From Burkholderiales bacterium (lineage in GTDB: Bacteria; Pseudomonadota; Gammaproteobacteria; Burkholderiales; JACQAP01), in contig DASZQJ010000092.1 of NCBI GenBank assembly GCA_035549715.1, forward strand, positions 2,735-66,734: DNA of 64,000 bases, read 5' to 3'. Shown here one piece after another: positions 31,076-38,400 of this stretch. Position 1 is the stretch's first letter, and every line of letters begins with the position of its first letter. The notes under the pieces are model-generated. The model did not search any database and was not told the origin of the DNA. It was given only the letters and a program-made list of their open reading frames with translations. The translations under genes were made by a program, and so were the position numbers.

Positions 31076-31885
31076 TCAGAGCAGGCGGACCCGGCACTTC
31101 ACCCCCGCCGGGATGCGGTTGCCGGGATTGGGAAGCTGCAGGCGCACGCCGAACGTGCCGCTCGCCGCGTCGATGACGCGATCCACCACCTTCACCGAAG
31201 CCTCGTGCCGGCCCCCGATGGGCTGCTCCGGCGTGACCTGGGCGCGCATGCCGACCTTGATCCTGCCGTAGAGCGTCACGGGCAGGATCACTTCCACGTT
31301 GAGCGGGTCGATTTCCGCCAGCTTGGCGATGGGCTGCTTCACGTCGTTGGTGGTGGCGAACTCGCCGGGCTTCTGCTGCACGTCGACCACCACGCCGGTG
31401 AGGGGGCTGCGGATCGTGCGCAGCGCCAGCACTTCCTCGCTGCGCTTGACCTCCAGCTCCGCCAGCTTCTGGTTCTCGCGCGCCTGGCGCAGCTGCTCGC
31501 TCGCGAACTGGTACTCCGCCACGGCCTCGTCCTTGGCATTCACGGACACGAAGTTCTGCTTGTACAGCTCCTCGGCGCGGACCATCTTCTTCTGCGCGAG
31601 GTCCAGGCGCGCCTCGGCGGCCTTGATCTCGCCCTGCATGTTGGCGCGCGATTTGGCCAGGTCGAGCGCCGCGCGCTCCGGGCCGGATTCGAGCGTGGCG
31701 ATGACCTGGCCGCGCTTGATGGTCTCCCCGCGCTGGATGAGCACCGACTCGATCACGGCTTCCACCGGGCTGCGGATCTCGATCTGCTGGCGGGCCTCGA
31801 TCAGGCAGTCGTACTCGTCGGCGGCGGAGGCTGCGCCGGCTGCCGCCAGCGCCAGGGCGCAGAGCGGACGGAAGGAGGGAGTCAT
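31076..31885 (-). CDS. Short periplasmic adaptor (RND/HlyD-type MFP, 269 aa) with a signal peptide
   Basis: The likely start is ATG at 31885 (MTPSFRPLCALALAAAGAASA signal); the track start at 32017 is less likely. It has a lipoyl-like half (IRSPVEAVIESVLIQRGETIKRGQVIATLE), a coiled coil, a second half (IRSPLTGVVVDVQQKPGE) and a beta-barrel. It is convergent with the SecA-like gene, with 4 nt between the stop codons. Confidence 0.8.
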   Translation of the reverse strand: MTPSFRPLCALALAAAGAASAADEYDCLIEARQQIEIRSPVEAVIESVLIQRGETIKRGQVIATLESGPERAALDLAKSRANMQGEIKAAEARLDLAQKKMVRAEELYKQNFVSVNAKDEAVAEYQFASEQLRQARENQKLAELEVKRSEEVLALRTIRSPLTGVVVDVQQKPGEFATTNDVKQPIAKLAEIDPLNVEVILPVTLYGRIKVGMRAQVTPEQPIGGRHEASVKVVDRVIDAASGTFGVRLQLPNPGNRIPAGVKCRVRLL

Positions 31886-32316
31886 CGGCGAAGGCCCAGG
31901 CGGGAAATCCTTGAACAGCGCGGGATTGTATCCAATTGCGGGGTCCCGGGGGGGATGGCCGCCAGGGCCGTCCGGCAGCCTCGCCGCTGCCCATAAGGCC
32001 TTGTTAATTGGAGGCAAGTTTGGGGGTCAGCAGCGCACGGGGCGGGCCCGGGCGGTGGGTGGCGCGGCGCACTATAAGACCAAACCTGACAAGCGGCTTT
32101 ACTTTTGTCTGCGAAAATGTAATAAAAACAATGTAGAGTACGTCGTTCTTAATGGGGAATGCGCAAACCGCCGCCGGGGGTGGCGGGGCGCAGGGCGAGA
32201 AAAACCGAACCATGACAACAATGGGGCCGCACCGCCAGGCGCACCGCTGGCGGGCCGATGATGCTTCGCGCCGCGATTTCGCGCGGCACCGCGCCAGCCA
32301 GGGGCGGGACTGACCC

Positions 32317-34053
32317 ATGCGCACCGGACCGTTCGAACGCTCCCCGCGCGACCGCCGCCGCGGCGACAGCATGCAGGAAAGCGAGGCCCGCTTCCGCGCG
32401 CTGGTGCAGAATTCCTTCGACATCATCACCATCCACGACGAGAGCGGCCTCACCCATTACGAATCGCCGGCTGCCTCGCGCATCCTCGGCTACCCGCCGG
32501 GGTCGCTGATCGGCAAGACGCCGTTCGAGACCGTGCATCCCAAGGACGTGGCCCGCGCGCGCGACGCCTTCGGCGCCGTGCTCAAGGGCGAAGTCTCGCC
32601 GCTGCCGACGGTGCTGCGCTTTCGCCATGCCGACGGCTCCTGGATCCACCTCGAGGTGCTGGGCAACAACCTGCTCGACCATCCCGGCATCCGCGGCATC
32701 GTGCTCACCTCGCGCGACGTCAGCGAGCGCAAGCGCGCCGAGCAGCGTGCCCAGTACCTCGCCAACTACGACGTGCTCACCGGCCTGCCGAACCGCTTCC
32801 TCGTGCAGGACCGCCTGACCCAGGCCGTGGCCCAGGCCCACCGCAACAAGCTGCGCGTGGGCCTGATGCACATCGACCTCGATCGCTTCAAGCTGGTCAA
32901 CGAGACCCTCGGGCACTACGTGGGCGATGCGCTGCTCAAGCAGGCGGCCGACCGCATCCGCAAGCTGGTGCGCGAAGGCGACACCGTGGCGCGGGTGGGG
33001 GGCGACGAGTTCACCATCGTCTATCCGAACGTGAGCAACCTGCCGGCGCTGTCGATCACCGCCGAACGCCTGCTCGAGGACCTGGCGCGGCCCTTCCCGA
33101 GCGAGGGGCAGGACCTGTTCGTCTCGGCCTCCCTGGGCATCAGCCTGTATCCCGACGACGCGGGCAGCGTCGACGAGCTCATCAAGCACGCCGACGCGGC
33201 GATGTACAGCGCCAAGCACCTGGGCCGCAACAACTACCAGTTCTTCACGACGGACCTCAATCGCGAAGTGCAGGAGCGCATGATGATCGAGGCGGGCCTG
33301 CGCACCGCCATCCACCGCAACGAGCTGTCGCTGGTGTTCCAGCCCAAGATCGACCTCGCCACCCGGCGGGTGTTCGGCGCCGAGGCCCTGCTGCGCTGGA
33401 ACCATCCCAAGCTGGGCCTGATCTCGCCGGCGCGCTTCGTGCCCGTGGCGGAGGAGGCGGGCCTGGTCGGGGCGATCGGGGAATGGGTGCTGCGCACGGC
33501 CTGCAGGCAGATCCGCCAGTGGCAGGACGCGGGCTTCCCCATGCAGGTCGCGGTCAACGTTTCCGCGCGCCAGTTCCAGCAGTACGACGTCGCGGACCTG
33601 GTGCTGGGCATCATGCGCGAGTCCGGCGTGCGCGCCGAGCACCTCGAGGTGGAGCTCACCGAGAGCGCGGTCATGAACGACGCCGAGAGCTCCATCGTGA
33701 CGCTGGAGCGCCTGGCCGATTCCGGCGTGCAGATCGCCATCGACGATTTCGGCACCGGCTACTCGAGCCTGTCGTACCTGAAGCGCCTGCCGCTCGACGT
33801 GCTCAAGATCGACCAGTCGTTCGTGCGCGACATCTCTTCCGACCCGAACGATGCGGCAATCGTGCGCGCCATCATCACGCTCGCGCGCAGCCTGGGCATC
33901 AAGGTGATCGCGGAAGGGGTGGAGAACGAGGCCCAGCTCGCCTTCCTCAACGCCTACGGGTGCCAGTACGCGCAGGGCTACCTGTTCGGCAAGCCGCTCA
34001 CCTCGGCGGAGTTCGAGCAGCTGCTCGGCGCGACCTCCGCCGCCGGCGCCTGA
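32317..34053 (+). CDS. PAS-GGDEF-EAL signalling protein (c-di-GMP turnover)
   Basis: PAS (SEARFRALVQNSFDIITIHD), GGDEF (RVGGDEFTIV) and EAL (GAEALLRW ... DDFGTGYSSLSYL ... KIDQSFV). The start is ATG 32317 or ATG 32371. Confidence 0.9.
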   Translation: MRTGPFERSPRDRRRGDSMQESEARFRALVQNSFDIITIHDESGLTHYESPAASRILGYPPGSLIGKTPFETVHPKDVARARDAFGAVLKGEVSPLPTVLRFRHADGSWIHLEVLGNNLLDHPGIRGIVLTSRDVSERKRAEQRAQYLANYDVLTGLPNRFLVQDRLTQAVAQAHRNKLRVGLMHIDLDRFKLVNETLGHYVGDALLKQAADRIRKLVREGDTVARVGGDEFTIVYPNVSNLPALSITAERLLEDLARPFPSEGQDLFVSASLGISLYPDDAGSVDELIKHADAAMYSAKHLGRNNYQFFTTDLNREVQERMMIEAGLRTAIHRNELSLVFQPKIDLATRRVFGAEALLRWNHPKLGLISPARFVPVAEEAGLVGAIGEWVLRTACRQIRQWQDAGFPMQVAVNVSARQFQQYDVADLVLGIMRESGVRAEHLEVELTESAVMNDAESSIVTLERLADSGVQIAIDDFGTGYSSLSYLKRLPLDVLKIDQSFVRDISSDPNDAAIVRAIITLARSLGIKVIAEGVENEAQLAFLNAYGCQYAQGYLFGKPLTSAEFEQLLGATSAAGA

Positions 34054-34096
34054 GGCCCGGCGCGCACCCGGCTCGCGGCCGCGTGGCGGGGACGTA

Positions 34097-34672
34097 ATGG
34101 CCATCAGGATCGTCAGCTTCGCGGGCAGCCTGCGCTCCGCGTCCTTCAACCGGAAGCTCGTCCGCATCGCCGCCGCCGGTGCCCGCGCCGCCGGGGCGCA
34201 GGTCACGGAGGTCGACCTGCGCGACCTGCCCATGCCGCTGTACGACGGCGACATCGAGCGCGAGCACGGCCTGCCCCCCAATGCCAAGGTGTTCAAGCGC
34301 CTGCTGGTCGAGCACCACGGCATGCTGATCGCCTCCCCCGAGTACAACAGCGCTTTTTCCGCCGTGCTCAAGAACGCCATCGACTGGGCCTCGCGACTGG
34401 AGCCGGGCGAGACGCCGCTGCGGGCGTTCAAGGGCAAGGTGGCGGGGCTGATGGCCGCCTCCCCCGGCAACCTCGGCGGGGTGAGGGGACTCGCCGCACT
34501 GCGCCTGGTGCTGGGAAACATCGGCACCATCGTGGTTCCCACCCAGCTCGCCATCCCGCGGGCCGCCGAGGCCTTCGAGGAGGACGGCAGCCTGAAGGAC
34601 GAGCGCCAGCAGGCCGCCATCGAGGCCATCGCCGCCGAAGTCGTGCGCTTCGCGCAACGCCTGTCGGACTGA
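34097..34672 (+). CDS. NAD(P)H-dependent FMN reductase family protein
   Basis: MAIRIVSFAGSLRSASFNRKL...LIASPEYNSAFSAVLKNAIDWASR is a typical signature of this family. Confidence 0.85.
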   Translation: MAIRIVSFAGSLRSASFNRKLVRIAAAGARAAGAQVTEVDLRDLPMPLYDGDIEREHGLPPNAKVFKRLLVEHHGMLIASPEYNSAFSAVLKNAIDWASRLEPGETPLRAFKGKVAGLMAASPGNLGGVRGLAALRLVLGNIGTIVVPTQLAIPRAAEAFEEDGSLKDERQQAAIEAIAAEVVRFAQRLSD

Positions 34673-34853
34673 ACCGCCGTCGCGTTTGCGTCCTCGCCGC
34701 CCGCCGCGGAACAGGGACAACAGCAACAATAGCCGCAAGGTTCCGGGCACGGCGCATCGGAGTGCTGCCTGACGCCGTGTGGCGACACCGCCACGGCTGG
34801 ACGGGGGCGGCGCCGGCGGCTATCGTGTCCGTCGGGCCACCACCGGAGTGCGA

Positions 34854-35258
34854 ATGAAGCCGATCCTGCCTGCCGTCCTGCTGCTTGCCGCATGGCCCGC
34901 CCTGGCGACCGAATGGATCGAGGTGGGCGCGGATACCGAAGCGAAGTACTACGTCGACGTCGATTCGATCCAGGTCGATGGCGAGAACGTCCGCGTGGCC
35001 AAGAAGGGCGTCTACACCCACGTCCTCACCGACAACTTCGGCGGCAGGAGCGCGACGTTCCGCGAGACGCTGGGCGTCGTGGAAATCGACTGCGGCCGGC
35101 GGATCAACCGCATCACACGGATCGACATGATCGGCGAGGACGGCACCGTGGTCTGGTCTTCCGGACCCATGCCGCGCCAGGCCTGGGAAGAGGTCAGGTC
35201 CCAGGGGCACTCATGGAGCACGCTCGAACTGGTCTGCTCGCGGGTGCACAAGACGTAA
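34854..35258 (+). CDS. Small secreted protein (134 aa), possibly surface-adhesin-E-like fold
   Basis: ATG 34854 follows GGAG. Signal peptide MKPILPAVLLLAAWPALA. The mature part (EWIEVG...KYYVDVDSIQVDGENVRV...EIDCGRR...) recalls the Adhesin_E family. The functional call is weak. Confidence 0.65.
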   Translation: MKPILPAVLLLAAWPALATEWIEVGADTEAKYYVDVDSIQVDGENVRVAKKGVYTHVLTDNFGGRSATFRETLGVVEIDCGRRINRITRIDMIGEDGTVVWSSGPMPRQAWEEVRSQGHSWSTLELVCSRVHKT

Positions 35259-35260
35259 GT

Positions 35261-35358
35261 CGTGAGGGGTGATGCGGGAAGCGAGGGGAGGGTGAAGTCG
35301 CGCCCGGCGCCTGCTTCGCCGCCTTTTCCCCCTCACGCTTCAATCCTCACGCCTCACG
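35261..35358. repeat. Long imperfect inverted repeat built from CGTGAGG / CCTCACG motifs, starting 3 nt after the preceding stop codon
   Basis: The left arm CGTGAGGGGTGATGCGGGAAGCGAGGGGAGGGTGAAG pairs imperfectly with the right arm ...CCTTTTCCCCCTCACGCTTCAATCCTCACGCCTCACG (outer 7 bp perfect, several internal blocks). A short GCTTTT...AAAAGC hairpin follows at 35359-35381. Confidence 0.5.
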
Positions 35359-35460
35359 GCTTTTCCCGCCCGGGCAAAAGCCCCCGGTTTTGCACAATCC
35401 GGCGCGCGGGATGGCCTAAGATGGCTCGGCCGTGACAATGCGGCATCCGGGAGGAATCCA

Positions 35461-38400
35461 ATGAGGTCAGTGGCGCGGGCCCGCCTGGGCCTGGTCGTCG
35501 GCCTGTTGCTCGCCGCATCCGCCGGCGCAGCGCAGGTCGAGCGGTTTTCCCCGCAGGGCGAGGCCAGGGGCGTGCGCCAGGTGGCGGTGCGCTTCACCGA
35601 ACCCATGGTCGCCTTCGGCGATCCGCGTCTGCCGCAACCCTTCGACATCGAGTGCGCCGAGGCGGGCACCGGCCGCTGGGCCGATCCCCGGAACTGGGTC
35701 TACGATTTCGACCGCGACCTGCCCGCCGGCGTGCGCTGCCGCTTCACCCTCAAGCCCGGCCTGACCACGGCCGCCGGCGCGGCGATGGAAGGCGCGCCGG
35801 CCTATGAATTCAGCACCGGCGGGCCGGCCGTGCTGCAGAGCCTGCCCTACGAAGGCGCCGAGATCGACGAGGGGCAGGTCTTCCTGCTCGGGCTGGAGGC
35901 CCCCGCCGACGAAGCCTCGGTGGCCGAGCACGCGTGGTGCGACGTCAAAGGCGTGGCGGAGCGCATCGGCGTGCGCGTGCTCTCCGGCGAGGCGCGCCAG
36001 GCGATCCTGGAGGCCCGCAGGGACTTCGTGCAGCGCCTGGGGCGCGTCCTGGGCGCGGACTCGCGGTCCGCGGCGGGCAGCCGCGCCGGACTTGCGGTGG
36101 TGGCCCTCGAGTGCGCGCGGCGCCTGCCCAACGATGCGCCGGTGCGCCTGGTCTGGGGCCGGGGCATCGCGTCGACGAGCGGCGTCGAAACCGCACAGGA
36201 CCAGGTGCTGGCCTTCCAGGTGCGCGGCACGTTCCAGGCGCGCTTTTCCTGCGAGCGCGCCAACCGGGACGCGCAATGCCTGCCGATGCTGCCCATGCAG
36301 CTGTCGTTCTCGGCGCCCGTGCCGCGCGCGCAGGCGGAAAAAATCGTGCTGCGCCCGGCGCGCGGCGGCCCCATCGCCGCGAAGCTCCCGCCCCCCGCCC
36401 AGGCCGGCGAATTCGTCGACCGGGTGAGCTTCGAGGGGCCGTTCGCGGAGCGCGCCCAGTACAGCCTCGAGCTGCCCGCCGGCCTTGCGGACGACGCGGG
36501 CCGCAAGCTGGTCAACCAGAAGCGCTTCCCGCTGGCGGTGCACACCGACGAGTTCCCGCCGCTGGCGAAATTCCCCGCGCGCTTCGGCATCATCGAACTG
36601 AAGGGCGACGGCATGCTCCCGGTGACGCTGCGCAACCTGGAAGCCATGGTGCAGGCGCGCATCGCCGCGACAGGGCGCCAGGACGACCCGCGCGGGCCGC
36701 TGGCCGACAGGGCCGACGAGGCCATCCACTGGCTGAAGAGGAAGCTCGACGAATCGAAGCATGACGAGGCCCCGGGCGTGCCGGCCGCCTACTCGCGGGT
36801 GGCCGACGGCGACGTCATGGCCATGCTGGGCTGGATGAAGCGCATGCGCGAGATGGAGCGCGATCGCTGGCGCTACGACGAGGCGACGCAACAGAGCGTG
36901 CCGGAATACCGCAGCGGCCAGTCGTCGATCTTCGTCGAAGGCGACAGGGTGCGGCGCCTGGACGTGCCCAAGCCGCAGGGCGCGCGCGCCTTCGAGGTGG
37001 TCGGCATCCCGCTGCGCAAGCCGGGGTTCTACGTGGTGGAGCTGGCGAGCCCGCGCCTGGGCGCGGCGCTGTTCAACCAGCGCGCGCCGTACTACGCGCA
37101 GGCGTCCGCGCTGGTGACCAACCTGGCGGTGCACCTGAAGTGGGGGCGCGAGGCGTCCCTGGTGTGGGTGACGGCGCTCGACACCGGCCTGCCCGTGGCG
37201 AAGGCGCACGTGGCGATCCAGGATTGCGCGGGCAAGGTCTATTTCCGCGGCCAGACGGATGCGCAGGGGCGCGCGCGGGTGCCGGTCGCGCTGCCGAACC
37301 GCGACAAGCTGCCGGGCTGCCTCGACGCCTACGACCGGCAACTGGTCGCTTCCGCCCGCGCCGGCGAGGACCTGTCGTTCGTGATGTCCGAATGGAACGA
37401 GGGCATCGCGCGCTGGCGCTACAACCTGCGCGACGCGCAATGGTCCGGCCCGTTCATCGCGACCACCGTCTTCGACCGCCCGCTCCTGCGCGCAGGCGAG
37501 ACCGTGGGCATGAAGCACTACTACCGCCGCCACGGCATGAAGGGCTTCTCCTTCGTGCCGGCGGACGCGCTGCCGAAAAAGATCGTCATCCAGCACCAGG
37601 GCTCCGAGGAAAAGTACGAGCTCCCGGTCGCCTGGGACAGCCGCAACAGCGCCGAGTCGCGCTGGAAGATCCCGGAAGGCGCGAAGAAGGGCGCCTACAC
37701 GGTCCTGATGACCGACACGCTCGAGGCGCGGCCCGGCGCGCGCGGCAACACCCGCGTGAGCGGAAGCTTCCGCGTGGGGGAGTTTCGCGTGCCGCTCATG
37801 AAGGCGGAGGTGGCCGGCCCGAAGGTGGCGCAGGTCAACCCCGGATCGGTGGCCCTCGACCTCGGCCTGCGCTACCTCTCGGGCGGCGGTGCCGGCAACG
37901 CGCCGGTCCGCCTGCGCAGCGTGGTGCGTCCGAAGGCGGTCGACTTCCCGGCCTACGACGGCTTCGCCTTCGCCAACGGCGCGGTGAAGGCGGGCGTCGA
38001 GGCACAAGGCGAGGCCGGGCCGTTCTCCGGCGAGTATGCGTTCGACGACGAGGAAGGCGAACCGGCGACGCCCGTGGCGCCGGGGGTGCGGCCGCTGAAG
38101 ACCGTGACCACCCGCCTCGATGCCGCCGGCGTTGCCCGCGTGCGCGTAACCGACCTGCCGGCGCTCGACAGTCCCCAGGAGCTCAATGCGGAGATGGAGT
38201 ATGCCGACCCGAACGGCGAGCTGCTGACCGCATCGACCCGCGTCAGCCTTTGGCCCGCGCGCGTGATCCTGGGCATCAAGCCCGATGCCTGGGCGATGTC
38301 GCCCGGGCAGCTCAAGTTCCAGGTGCTGGCCCTGGACCTCGCGGGCAAGCCGGTCAGGGGCCAGGCGGTGAAGGTGCAGCTCTACGTGCGGGAAACCTAC

